A stretch of 32,000 nucleotides of DNA from Vulcanisaeta distributa DSM 14429. GTDB lineage: Archaea > Thermoproteota > Thermoprotei > Thermoproteales > Thermocladiaceae. A program made the translations under genes and the position numbers. Under the pieces are notes generated by a model. It saw only the letters and a program-made list of their open reading frames with translations. It was not told the DNA's origin and ran no database searches. Shown here piece after piece: positions 9,782 to 19,222 of the stretch. The DNA is taken from NCBI RefSeq assembly GCF_000148385.1, contig NC_014537.1:300001-332000 (forward strand). The letters run 5' to 3'. The stretch's first letter is position 1. Each line of letters begins with the position of its first letter.

Positions 9782-9964
9782 ATTATATCGATCATTATTA
9801 ATATCTTTCCTATTGATTAATCATTAACAATAATTATAAATACTAAACAATAAATTCGAGGAGATTCCCTAGACAATATTGGTTATGAAAATGATTTATA
9901 CGTAAAAACTTGATATATTAATGGAAACACGATTTTAAATAATTTGATCTTTAGGATTGCCTAA

Positions 9965-12148
9965 TTATGCCATTAGTATCGAGATTAGGTGCATTATCAA
10001 TGGGCCAGCCGCTGGGTTTATCAGGCTAACCATGGCTATAACCGGCGCGAAGACTATTGAGACCGTATTCACAACCTTAATGAGTGGGTTCAGCGATGGT
10101 CCAGTGGTGTCCTTAAATGGATCGCCAACCACATCGCCAACCACGGCGTTCTTATGTGGCTCGCTCTTCTTGCCGAATTTCTGGCCATTTACCTCAATGC
10201 CCTCGATCTCAATGTACTTCTTGGCGTTGTCCCAGGCACCACCGGCATTAGCCATTAGCAATGCCCTTGGGAATCCGGCGAGTATTACGCCGAATATCGT
10301 GCCGACCAGGCCTATCCAACCCAGCGCTAGTCCGACGACTATTGGCACGATGACTGCTGATAGGCCTGGTACTAGGAAGTTCTTGAGTGCGTGCCTGGTC
10401 ACTATGTCGATTGCCCTATTATAGTCAGGCTTCTCCTGGGGCCAGAGCTCGAGTATTCTCTTCGTCCTGAATTGCCTCCTAATCTCCTCCACGAGTTCGC
10501 CAGCGGCCTTACCCACGGAGGCAAGGGTTCTGCTTGAGAAGAAGTACACGAGGGCTACGCCAATTAGGGCGCCAATTATTATTCTTGGGTCAATCACCAT
10601 GAGTTCACCAAAGGCCTGCACCAGCGGTATTCCCATCCTCTCCACAACCTCGTATATGAATCCAATGAATAGGATTAGGGCTGCCAGGCCTGCACTGGCT
10701 ATTGCGTAACCCTTCGTTGTTGCCTTAAAGGTATTGCCAATGGCGTCCAGCGGATCCGTCACATCCCTCACCTCATCCATACCCGTCATCTCCACGAGAC
10801 CATTAGCATTATCACTGACCGGCCCATAGGAGTCCAGGGAAATAACTATACCTGCAAGGCTTAGTAAGCCTACGGATGCCACGGCCGTACCGAAGATGCC
10901 CCCTTCAACGCCGTATGGTGGTATGAACATTGAGCCGAGCACGTAGGATATTCCGAGGGCAGCCACGACCATGAATATCGTGGGTATCGCGCTTAATAAG
11001 CCGTATGAGTAACCTGCCACTATTACGTTTGATGCCGATAGTACCGCTTGGCGGGCGATGTTCCTCACAGGTGGGAATGTGTAGTGGGTGAAGTACTCGG
11101 TGGCGAATAGTACGACTATCGCCGTTATCATGCCCAGTAGGTCTGAGACAAATATTGCCGTGGCTTCCATCAACGGGAAGGTCATGAATGAATATATGGC
11201 GACGAGTATTGCCGAGACAATTATGGTGGTGTAGAGTGCCAGGTTTAGCTTGCCCATTGCAGCAGCGGCCAAGTCCTTACCCTTCACCTCACCCCTAACC
11301 ACCTGGACACCAACTAATGTGCCTATTAATGTTAGTGTTGCAAGTATTATCGACAGTACGATTAGGTTCGTCGCAAGCCTAAATACTGCGGCAAGCAGTA
11401 ATGCACCTGCGAGAACTACTACGAAGCTCTCATAGACATCACTTGCCATGCCTGCGCAGTCGCCCACATTATCGCCCACGTTATCCGCAATAACGCCTGG
11501 ATTTCTAGGGTCATCCTCCGGTATCCCTGCCTCAACCTTACCGACTATGTCGGCGCCCCAATCAGCAGCCTTCGTGTATATGCCGCCGGCGACCCTGATG
11601 AACAGCGAGATTAGGCTTGCACCAAAAGCCACAGGCGCCAATGCCTCCGCCCACAGTGGTGTTGGTAATATTGATGAGTATGCCATGTACAGTACCGTGA
11701 CTATTAATAGGGCAATACTGGCTAGGGATAGCCCCATTACTGTGCCTGCCTTGAATGATGTGCTCAGGGCTGGGCCCATACCGTACTTACCCATCCAAGC
11801 CGTCTTTGCAGCGCTTCTTGTGGTTACGTACATCCCCAGGTAACCAGCAACGGCACTACCTATGGCGCCCAGGGCGAAGGATAGCGCGGCTAACCCAGCC
11901 ATTAATCCACTACGGAATATCACATAATACGCAGCCCATATCAGGATTGTTAATACCACACCCGTTGGTAGTATCGTCTTATACTCCCTCATTAAGAATG
12001 TCTTACCTCCCTCGGCTATGAGCATGTTTATCTCGGTCAACTCCTTCTTCCCAGGCTGTATCCTGAGCACTGATGATGCGTTATATCCAGCCAGAGCTAA
12101 ACCAATAATTGGAACTACTATTGCCAGTAGTAGTTCCAGGGACAGCAT
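9965..12148 (-). CDS. hppA: Membrane-bound H+-translocating inorganic pyrophosphatase (V-PPase)
   Basis: 727 aa and polytopic. It has the diagnostic motifs GGIYTKAADWGADIVGKVE, DNVGDNVGDCAGMASDVYES and AVVGDVVGDPFKDTTGPSLN. Confidence 0.95.
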   Translation of the reverse strand: MLSLELLLAIVVPIIGLALAGYNASSVLRIQPGKKELTEINMLIAEGGKTFLMREYKTILPTGVVLTILIWAAYYVIFRSGLMAGLAALSFALGAIGSAVAGYLGMYVTTRSAAKTAWMGKYGMGPALSTSFKAGTVMGLSLASIALLIVTVLYMAYSSILPTPLWAEALAPVAFGASLISLFIRVAGGIYTKAADWGADIVGKVEAGIPEDDPRNPGVIADNVGDNVGDCAGMASDVYESFVVVLAGALLLAAVFRLATNLIVLSIILATLTLIGTLVGVQVVRGEVKGKDLAAAAMGKLNLALYTTIIVSAILVAIYSFMTFPLMEATAIFVSDLLGMITAIVVLFATEYFTHYTFPPVRNIARQAVLSASNVIVAGYSYGLLSAIPTIFMVVAALGISYVLGSMFIPPYGVEGGIFGTAVASVGLLSLAGIVISLDSYGPVSDNANGLVEMTGMDEVRDVTDPLDAIGNTFKATTKGYAIASAGLAALILFIGFIYEVVERMGIPLVQAFGELMVIDPRIIIGALIGVALVYFFSSRTLASVGKAAGELVEEIRRQFRTKRILELWPQEKPDYNRAIDIVTRHALKNFLVPGLSAVIVPIVVGLALGWIGLVGTIFGVILAGFPRALLMANAGGAWDNAKKYIEIEGIEVNGQKFGKKSEPHKNAVVGDVVGDPFKDTTGPSLNPLIKVVNTVSIVFAPVIAMVSLINPAAGPLIMHLISILMA

Positions 12149-12306
12149 CGTAGAGAGTCATATCTTTGGATTAATAAACATTATTACTCATTTACTCAGG
12201 CCTACCCGTTTTAATGATTAAACTCAACCCAATATTCTGTATCAATTTCAGACATGTTGTGCATTTTTAAGTAAAAAATATTAATTCTTTTTCACAGATA
12301 GTAATT

Positions 12307-12975
12307 GTGTCTCGGAGCTTAAGTATTCAACAAGCTGTTAGGATAATTGTTGAGGAAAACCCACTCTATGTAACCCTATTGTCGAGCGGTCTCGTTAACT
12401 TATCGGCGCTCGCGAGGAGTATTAAGCCCCTTGTTGATTCAATGGTTGGTAAGGACACTAAGGTATTCACGATAGTTAAGGCGTTGGAGAGGATCTCCAT
12501 GAATTATAAGTTGGTTAATGAGTATCCCGATATTGTTAAGGCGTTAAGCATGGCTGAGATAATTACGTACAGTGGTATGGGTGAGGTCGAAATACCGCTG
12601 ACTGAGGAGAATATGGAGAAGGTGGCCAAGCTTAGGGACTTGCTCTCTGCCGCTAAGGTTCAGTTCATAATACTTAATGATGGTAGTAAGATGCACGTGA
12701 TAGCGCCGTTAATGTACATAGCGGGTGTCTGTGGTCAAGCCAAGGTTGAGGAGTATGGTATGGTGAGGATAATGTTCGCTGAGAGGGCGCCAGTCGGTAT
12801 TGTGACCTTCCTGGTACAGGTTATGAAGTCTAATCAAATAACTGCTAAGCATGTACTTAGGTATGACAATGACATTTACGTGGTTGTTGAGAGGGAGAAG
12901 ACACCATTATTACTTAGTATAATAGAGAGGCTGAGGACAATGTCGGCGCTTCAACTAACTCAACAGGGTAAGTAG
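12307..12975 (+). CDS. Conserved hypothetical protein
   Basis: 222-aa ORF with a GTG start and an AT-rich TATA-like stretch 25-40 nt upstream. Composition is soluble and protein-like. I recognise no family with confidence. Confidence 0.55.
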   Translation: MSRSLSIQQAVRIIVEENPLYVTLLSSGLVNLSALARSIKPLVDSMVGKDTKVFTIVKALERISMNYKLVNEYPDIVKALSMAEIITYSGMGEVEIPLTEENMEKVAKLRDLLSAAKVQFIILNDGSKMHVIAPLMYIAGVCGQAKVEEYGMVRIMFAERAPVGIVTFLVQVMKSNQITAKHVLRYDNDIYVVVEREKTPLLLSIIERLRTMSALQLTQQGK

Positions 12976-13025
12976 TTAGTCGAGATCTGAATCTTTAAGT
13001 TACCTAATGCTAAAACCTAAAACCC

Positions 13026-13080
13026 AATGTGATGATTCTACGGGATCTGAAGAGTGATGTGAGCGGCCTCTGCTGATAAC
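13026..13080 (+). ncRNA. Candidate C/D box guide sRNA (sR-1)
   Basis: Intergenic locus with full architecture. C box GUGAUGA (13029-13035), 11-nt guide UUCUACGGGAU, D' CUGA (13047-13050), 3-nt spacer, C' GUGAUGU (13054-13060), 12-nt guide GAGCGGCCUCUG, D box CUGA (13073-13076). A TATA-like CTTTAAGT lies about 30 nt upstream. Confidence 0.6.
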
Positions 13081-13128
13081 CTAGACATAAAGGAATAACT
13101 TAATTAGGTACCCAGGGCTTAATGATTC

Positions 13129-14223
13129 ATGCTAAGTATTAATAGGATTGAAAAGTTAATTGATGAGTTACGTAGAAAATCAATAGACTTAGTAATCATA
13201 GTCCCTGGACCCAACTTTAGGTACTTAGTTGGTTCTTACATTGAGACCTTTGAAAGGTTTGGCGCATTAATTATTTGCCCAGGCAATAGCGCGTATGAAT
13301 TGATATTGCCAAGGCTTGATGAGGGCAGGGCCAGGGCTACTGGGTTGCCGTACGCTGTCTATGGTGATGAGGAGGGCCCACTAAATGTCATTAAGGCATT
13401 CATTAATGGTAATTGCGGTGCTGTGAGGGTTATTGGGCTTGAGGGTAGGGCGACGCTTAATTATTTATGGATTCTACGTAAGGTAATTGGCGAGTTTAAT
13501 GATTATTCAATTGATGATTTATTAATATCGATGAGGATTAGTAAGGATGAGGATGAGTTGAGGAGTATTGAGCGGGCGGTTAGGGCCATTGAGTATGGCA
13601 TTAAGGCGGTTCGTGAATCCATTAGACCTGGAATGATGGAGATTGAGGTCGCTAGACTAATTAGTGATGCCATTAGTAATGCGGGTGCTGAACCTAGGGA
13701 TATCCTTGTTCAGTCAGGCCCTAATTCGGCAATACCGCATTGGATACCCTCCAGGAGGAGGATTGAGGTTGGTGATGTCGTTGTGATTGATATTACCGCT
13801 ACGTATAATGACTATTATGGTGACTTAACGAGGACCCTCGTGATTGGCAATCCACCCAGCGACTTTTGGCGCATCTACGATCTTGTCAAGAGGGCCCACG
13901 ATGATGCAATAGCAAGTATTAGGGAGGGTGTTACGGGCGCGTATATTGATTCAATTGCCAGGAAGGTCATTGCAGATGGTGGTTATGGTCAGTACTTCAT
14001 ACATAGGACTGGACATGGGATTGGGCTTGAGGTTCACGAGGAACCATTCATAAGCCAGTCCTACGATAAGCCACTGCCGAGGGGCAGCGCATTCACCATT
14101 GAGCCTGGCATATACTTGCCCGGCCGGTTTGGTGTTAGGCTTGAAAGCAATGTCGTAATTGGGCTGGACGGCAAGGTCGAGGTCCTCGATAAGTATTGGC
14201 CCGAGGTTATTGTCAGGGTCTAG
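13129..14223 (+). CDS. M24 family Xaa-Pro dipeptidase / aminopeptidase P-like metallopeptidase
   Basis: 364 aa with an N-terminal creatinase-like domain and the pita-bread catalytic domain. Metal-ligand motifs are present: VVIDITATYNDYYGDLTRT, HRTGHGIGLEVHEEP, FTIEPGIY. Confidence 0.9.
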   Translation: MLSINRIEKLIDELRRKSIDLVIIVPGPNFRYLVGSYIETFERFGALIICPGNSAYELILPRLDEGRARATGLPYAVYGDEEGPLNVIKAFINGNCGAVRVIGLEGRATLNYLWILRKVIGEFNDYSIDDLLISMRISKDEDELRSIERAVRAIEYGIKAVRESIRPGMMEIEVARLISDAISNAGAEPRDILVQSGPNSAIPHWIPSRRRIEVGDVVVIDITATYNDYYGDLTRTLVIGNPPSDFWRIYDLVKRAHDDAIASIREGVTGAYIDSIARKVIADGGYGQYFIHRTGHGIGLEVHEEPFISQSYDKPLPRGSAFTIEPGIYLPGRFGVRLESNVVIGLDGKVEVLDKYWPEVIVRV

Positions 14224-14260
14224 TAATACTTTATTACCTAACACTCCCGTAATCATAAAC

Positions 14261-14884
14261 GTGATACTATACCTCGTTAGGCATGGTGAGGCGCAATTAA
14301 ATGTGCTTGGGATATTGCATTCGAGAAATTATAATGATAATCCACTGACGGATAAAGGCAGGCTTGAGGCTGCGGCAGTCGCATTACTTTTACATAGAAT
14401 GGGCGTTCACGGACCCGTATTCACCTCACCATTATTACGTGCACGTCAGACCGCCGACTGTATCGATCGTAACTACAAGGTTGATGAGAGGTTGAGGGAG
14501 ATCGACATGGGTGAGTGGGAACTTAAGAAAATAAGTGAGATTCCCTTCGATAATTACAGGAAGGACCCGGTTAGGTATCACCCACCTGGTGGTGAGTCCA
14601 TGGAGTCTGTGGTTAATAGGGTTATGGACTTTCTAAACTTTGTCAGAGGTATTAATGAGAAGTCCGTGATCGCAGTGAGCCACTGGCACCCTATAGCGAC
14701 GGTGGTGGCCTTGGTTACGGGGTTGCCACTAAGTAATATCTATAAGTTACGCATCAGTACAGGGTCTATAACTGCTATTGACCTGGATAATGATGATGTG
14801 CTATTTCTTAATCTAAGCCCATTAAGGGTCTTGAGGAGTCTTGGACTCAGTGATGATGGAATAATGAAAGAATGCATTAGGTAG
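14261..14884 (+). CDS. Histidine phosphatase (phosphoglycerate mutase-like) family protein
   Basis: The catalytic RHG motif sits right at the N-terminus (VILYLVRHGEAQ). LLRARQTA and a downstream SH (AVSHWHP) are also present. The start is trimmed from the track ORF (14159, which overlaps the peptidase gene) to the in-frame GTG at 14261. Confidence 0.8.
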   Translation: MILYLVRHGEAQLNVLGILHSRNYNDNPLTDKGRLEAAAVALLLHRMGVHGPVFTSPLLRARQTADCIDRNYKVDERLREIDMGEWELKKISEIPFDNYRKDPVRYHPPGGESMESVVNRVMDFLNFVRGINEKSVIAVSHWHPIATVVALVTGLPLSNIYKLRISTGSITAIDLDNDDVLFLNLSPLRVLRSLGLSDDGIMKECIR

Positions 14885-14895
14885 GGTTAATCGTT

Positions 14896-15330
14896 ATGAG
14901 TACTACCTGTAATGAGGTTCATTGGAGGCTTGTTGAATTGAATATAGACCATGCATGCGGGTTAGCAAGCCTATTAAAGGTTATTGGTAAGAGGCTCGGC
15001 GTTTTTGATGTTCCGAATATCATCGATGTCATGATTTACGGCAATCATGAAATCGTAAAGCAAGCCCTAGGTAATACGGTGATTGTTGAGAGGGCTTTAG
15101 TCCCTGGTTTACTATCTCGTGCAATCCTCATAGGCGGTATTCCCTATGCGTCGATTGAGGACCTCGTTGTGTCGGTTACCGTTAATAAAGACATGCCGTG
15201 GTACGTGGGTATTATCAGGGAATTAATGGCAAATCCTAATGTTAAGAATAGCCTAAGGTGGGAGTGGATTAATGAGGTACTCAATAGGTTTGGTGTTGCG
15301 GAGCTCTTTAATAAAATCATTTCGCAGTAG
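14896..15330 (+). CDS. Hypothetical protein
   Basis: 144-aa ATG ORF starting 11 nt after the phosphatase stop. Its 3' end overlaps the convergent radical SAM gene by 14 nt. I recognise no family. Confidence 0.5.
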   Translation: MSTTCNEVHWRLVELNIDHACGLASLLKVIGKRLGVFDVPNIIDVMIYGNHEIVKQALGNTVIVERALVPGLLSRAILIGGIPYASIEDLVVSVTVNKDMPWYVGIIRELMANPNVKNSLRWEWINEVLNRFGVAELFNKIISQ

Positions 15331-16435
15331 GTTCATAGATACATGCTGGGTCCGAACCGAGTGGGTCACCCAGTTCAGTGTACGCCCTTGCCCTTGACCC
15401 ACCGCATATGTTCCTAAACTCACACGTGCCGCACTTACCGTTAAACCTAGCCTCCCTTATAGTTCTCAATATTGGGTGCTCCCTATATACCTTGACTATG
15501 TTGTCCTTCCTCACATTACCAAGTGTGAGTGGTAGAAAGCCGCTTGGGTATATCGACCCATCACTTGCCACGAATATTATACCGTAGCCATCCCTAGTCG
15601 GTGTGAAACTAGGCGGCTTTGCATTGCTTGGTGGGTCGCCCATTAACTCCCTGAGCTGCTTCGTTAATTCCCAGTATAGTTTACCACCCTCATACTTAAT
15701 GCCGGAACCCCTCTGCATAATGATCCTCCTGAAGAATGGCGCCTCCACAGTCCTTATTGGTAACCCGTACAGCGATGCTTCATATAGGAATTGAACAACA
15801 TCCTCAGTCTCCCACGGATCCAGGGGCTCAAGCTCCATGCCCCTACCCACACGTATTAGGAAGAAGACCTCCCACGCATTAGCCCCACTATCCCTAACGA
15901 TCTTAAATACCTGTGGTAATTCATGGACGTTAAGCCTCATGACGGCAGTATTGACTTGGAACTCAATACCATAACTCCTCAGCTTATTGAACACCTCCAG
16001 CGTTGTCCTGAAGACATCAATCCTCTCCAGCGCCGTCCTTCTAATGTAATTATGAGTCTCCGGCTTAGCCCCGTCTAGGCTTATTGATATGGAACTCACG
16101 CGACCCTTTAATTCCCTGAGTATATCATCATTGAGTAGTTTTGTTGATACCGCAGGCGATAGCGCCACGGGTATTCCAAATGACCTTGCGTGGTCTATTA
16201 ATTCCAATGTGTCATCCCTCGTCAACGGATCACCACCAGTGAGTATTAATATAGGGTATGGCCTGCCAAACCCTGTCAAATCCTCAATGAATCTCTTAGC
16301 CTCCTCAGTACTTAACTCAGTGGGTAATGGCTTAAGCAGTGCATTGGCTCTGCAGTGCCTACATGCCAGTGGACACGCCTTGGTGGTCTCGTAAAATACC
16401 AGCAACGGCTTCTCCTCAAGTGGCCATCTATGCAT
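15317..16435 (-). CDS. Radical SAM protein with a reduced SPASM/twitch-like C-terminal domain (NirJ/AhbC/AhbD-like)
   Basis: It has CPLACRHC (CX3CX2C), the GGDPL SAM motif, and a C-terminal CGTCEFRNICGGSRARAY...DPAC. The start is set at ATG 16435 (MHRWPLEEKPLL...), which has an AT-rich TATA-like box about 27 nt upstream. The track ORF starts at a TTG at 16504. Confidence 0.85.
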   Translation of the reverse strand: MHRWPLEEKPLLVFYETTKACPLACRHCRANALLKPLPTELSTEEAKRFIEDLTGFGRPYPILILTGGDPLTRDDTLELIDHARSFGIPVALSPAVSTKLLNDDILRELKGRVSSISISLDGAKPETHNYIRRTALERIDVFRTTLEVFNKLRSYGIEFQVNTAVMRLNVHELPQVFKIVRDSGANAWEVFFLIRVGRGMELEPLDPWETEDVVQFLYEASLYGLPIRTVEAPFFRRIIMQRGSGIKYEGGKLYWELTKQLRELMGDPPSNAKPPSFTPTRDGYGIIFVASDGSIYPSGFLPLTLGNVRKDNIVKVYREHPILRTIREARFNGKCGTCEFRNICGGSRARAYTELGDPLGSDPACIYEPTAK

Positions 16436-16541
16436 TACGTGGTGTTCAAGCCCCTTATTTAATAACTTACTTCCTAGTGTTATTTTACATACATGGGCAA
16501 GCAAGATTTTATACTTGGTTAAGTACCTGCCAGTTGATTAT
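16436..16541. promoter_or_regulatory. Divergent promoter region between the two radical SAM genes
   Basis: AT-rich spacer. TTATTAAAT (minus strand, about 16455-16465) lies about 27 nt from ATG 16435. TTTTATAC (plus strand, 16507-16514) lies about 30 nt from ATG 16542. Confidence 0.4.
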
Positions 16542-17783
16542 ATGATTAATATAACGAATTTAGTTGTGGGAAGCGGTACAGTTAGCCTTTCCATTAAAGG
16601 CCATGACTACGTGAAAAGCGATAGGGAGTTCACGGACATAAGTAGGCCGTTAATATTTTGGAATATCACGTATAGGTGCAACCTAAAGTGCATCCACTGC
16701 TACATAAATGCGATTCAGGGCTTATCAAGGGATGAACTAACTACCGAGGAGGCCCTTAGGGTTGTTGATGACGCCCATGAATTAAGGACGCCACTACTCA
16801 TTATTAGTGGTGGTGAGCCCTTGATTAGGGAGGACATTACTGAGGTGATGAGGAGGGCTAATGAGTATGGCATAAAAATCTCACTCAGCACTAACGGTAC
16901 GTTAATAACCAGGGATTGGGCTTTAAAGCTTAAGGAGTTGAATGTTCAATACGTAGGGATAAGCATTGATTCACCAATACCCGAGATTCACGACAGGATA
17001 AGGGGCATCACCGGCGCCTGGGACCTGGCAATTAAGGGTATTAAGAACGTGATGGAGGTTGGGATACCCGTCGGTATTAGGACCACCGTTACTAAGCTGA
17101 ACATTGACCATGCACCCGAGGTCGTGGAACTAGCGCATAAATTAGGCATTTCGAGGGTGGCGTTCTACCACTTAGTGCCAAGTGGCAGGGGTAGGGGCAT
17201 CATTAATTTATTACCAAGCCCTGAACAGCTACTGAGGTTTTTAATGAGGCTGATCGATGTCGCCAAGAGGTACCCCGATGTAGAGGTGTTGACCGTGGAT
17301 AACCCAGCCGATGGCATTGTTGCATCGCTACTAGCGAGTAGTGATGAGGGTGAGTTCATGAGTAAGTTAAGGCTTGTGGGTAGGATGGGTGCGTGCAGCG
17401 CCGGTAGGAAGGTAGTGTCCATTTACCCTAATGGCGATGTTTACCCATGCCAATTCTTCAATGATAGGCCAATGGGTAATGTCAGGAAGGAGAGGCTGAC
17501 CGAGATTTGGCTTAGGCCCAGGGTAAACACTGAGCTTGTGATTAGACTTAGAGAGAGGAATTACGGCGATTCACCATGCATGAGGTGTCCATACCTTAGG
17601 TATTGCGGTGGCTGCAGGGTTAGGGCTGGGGTCCTTAATAACGATGTCTGGTCCATGGACCCACTGTGCACCATGAATTCATTACTACGTTTATGGAGAC
17701 TTGGCGAGGTCGATCTAAAGCCCTGGCAGGTAAGGATTATGAGGGAGTTCGAAGAATCAATGAACATAAGCTTAATTAAGTAA
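16542..17783 (+). CDS. Radical SAM/SPASM domain protein (NirJ/AhbC/AhbD-like)
   Basis: It has CNLKCIHC (CX3CX2C), SGGEPL, and a full set of SPASM cysteines (GACSAG...NGDVYPC...CMRCPYLRYCGGCRVRAG...DPLC). The ATG at 16542 is preferred over the TTG at 16515. Confidence 0.85.
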   Translation: MINITNLVVGSGTVSLSIKGHDYVKSDREFTDISRPLIFWNITYRCNLKCIHCYINAIQGLSRDELTTEEALRVVDDAHELRTPLLIISGGEPLIREDITEVMRRANEYGIKISLSTNGTLITRDWALKLKELNVQYVGISIDSPIPEIHDRIRGITGAWDLAIKGIKNVMEVGIPVGIRTTVTKLNIDHAPEVVELAHKLGISRVAFYHLVPSGRGRGIINLLPSPEQLLRFLMRLIDVAKRYPDVEVLTVDNPADGIVASLLASSDEGEFMSKLRLVGRMGACSAGRKVVSIYPNGDVYPCQFFNDRPMGNVRKERLTEIWLRPRVNTELVIRLRERNYGDSPCMRCPYLRYCGGCRVRAGVLNNDVWSMDPLCTMNSLLRLWRLGEVDLKPWQVRIMREFEESMNISLIK

Positions 17784-17847
17784 TCCTTAATTTCATTTAA
17801 CGCAATAACAAAGTACATAAACCGGTTATTCAGCGATTAATGGGTAA

Positions 17848-19149
17848 ATGACTGATTTAATGATTAAGGTCTTGGGTGGTGGAGGCGAAGTTGGTAGGAT
17901 GGCTATTTTCGTCAAGGAAGCAAATTCAGAAAGGGGGTTCCTCTTTGATTATGGAGTTAACTTTGACGAGAATGATAGACCTGTAATGCCAGGCCATGTT
18001 AGGCCGAGGGACATCATGGCCGTGTTCCTAAGCCACGCCCACCTGGACCACTGTGGTGCGTTGCCCAGCCTATACGTTAGTTCACCACCACCTGTATACG
18101 CTACACCATTGACACTCGAGCTTGCGGATATAATGTTTAAGGATGCCATTAAGTTAAGTGGTTATTACCTGCCTTACGAGGACGAGGAGATTAAGGCTGT
18201 GCTTGATCACGCGATACCAGTGACTTATGGGGAGGACGTAGATATTTCGAAGGATGTTAAGGCCACGATAATAAATGCCGGTCATGTACCCGGCAGTATG
18301 TTGACTCTCCTCGAAATAAATGGAGCCAGGGTGTTATTTACGGGTGATTTTAATTTATCGCAGTCGAACCTGCTTCGTGGTGCTGATATCAATAATGTTC
18401 CTAGGGATGTTGATGTGGTCATTATGGAGGGTACGTACGTAACCAATACGCACCCACCCAGGGAGGAGGTTGAGAGGGAGTTCATTAGGGTCATTAAGGA
18501 GACGATTGAGGGTGGTGGCTCAGTGTTAATACCGGTGTTGACGATAGGTAGGGCTCAGGAAATATTAATAACGCTTTATAAGAATGGTATTGACTACCCA
18601 ATAATAATTGATGGTTTAGCCAGGATCGCCAACCAGATAGTGGCTAAGTACCCGCATTACCTGGCGAACCCTGAGCTTTACCTAAAGGCTGTGGAGAATA
18701 GTCTCGAGGTAACCACGGATTATCAGAGAAAGTCATTAACTAAGGAGCCCGTGATAATAGTCTCGCCAGCCGGTATGCTGAAGGGAGGCGCCGCTGTTTA
18801 TTACCTAAAGAAGTTGGGTAGGGATAGGAGGAACGCCATAATACTGCCGAGTTACCAGGCACCGGATACGCCAGGCTTTGAATTACTGACTAGGGGTAGG
18901 ACATTCATTGATAAGAGCGAGGTCATTCTAGAGGCTAAGCTTTACTGGTTTGACTTCAGTTCCCACAGTGGTAGGGCTGAGCTGGAGGCATTCATTAATC
19001 ATTTTAGTCCAGATACGAAGGTCCTCCTCGTACATACAGAGGCAATAAAGGCGCTGCAGTTTCTTGATAGGTTAAAGGTTAAGTATGGGATCGATAACGT
19101 CCATGTGCCGATTAACGACGAGACATTACTAATACGTGTGAATAGGTGA
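17848..19149 (+). CDS. Metallo-beta-lactamase / beta-CASP family ribonuclease (aCPSF2-like)
   Basis: 433 aa. Motifs present: HAHLDHCG (motif 2), NAGHVPGS, FTGDFN, and beta-CASP motifs MEGTY, SSHSG, LVHTE. Confidence 0.85.
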   Translation: MTDLMIKVLGGGGEVGRMAIFVKEANSERGFLFDYGVNFDENDRPVMPGHVRPRDIMAVFLSHAHLDHCGALPSLYVSSPPPVYATPLTLELADIMFKDAIKLSGYYLPYEDEEIKAVLDHAIPVTYGEDVDISKDVKATIINAGHVPGSMLTLLEINGARVLFTGDFNLSQSNLLRGADINNVPRDVDVVIMEGTYVTNTHPPREEVEREFIRVIKETIEGGGSVLIPVLTIGRAQEILITLYKNGIDYPIIIDGLARIANQIVAKYPHYLANPELYLKAVENSLEVTTDYQRKSLTKEPVIIVSPAGMLKGGAAVYYLKKLGRDRRNAIILPSYQAPDTPGFELLTRGRTFIDKSEVILEAKLYWFDFSSHSGRAELEAFINHFSPDTKVLLVHTEAIKALQFLDRLKVKYGIDNVHVPINDETLLIRVNR

Positions 19150-19222
19150 CTTAATCTATCGTTGGCTTATCAATGCGCCCACGTTGAAAGGTTTAAAGGC
19201 TGTATTAACTTCGTTAATTGCT

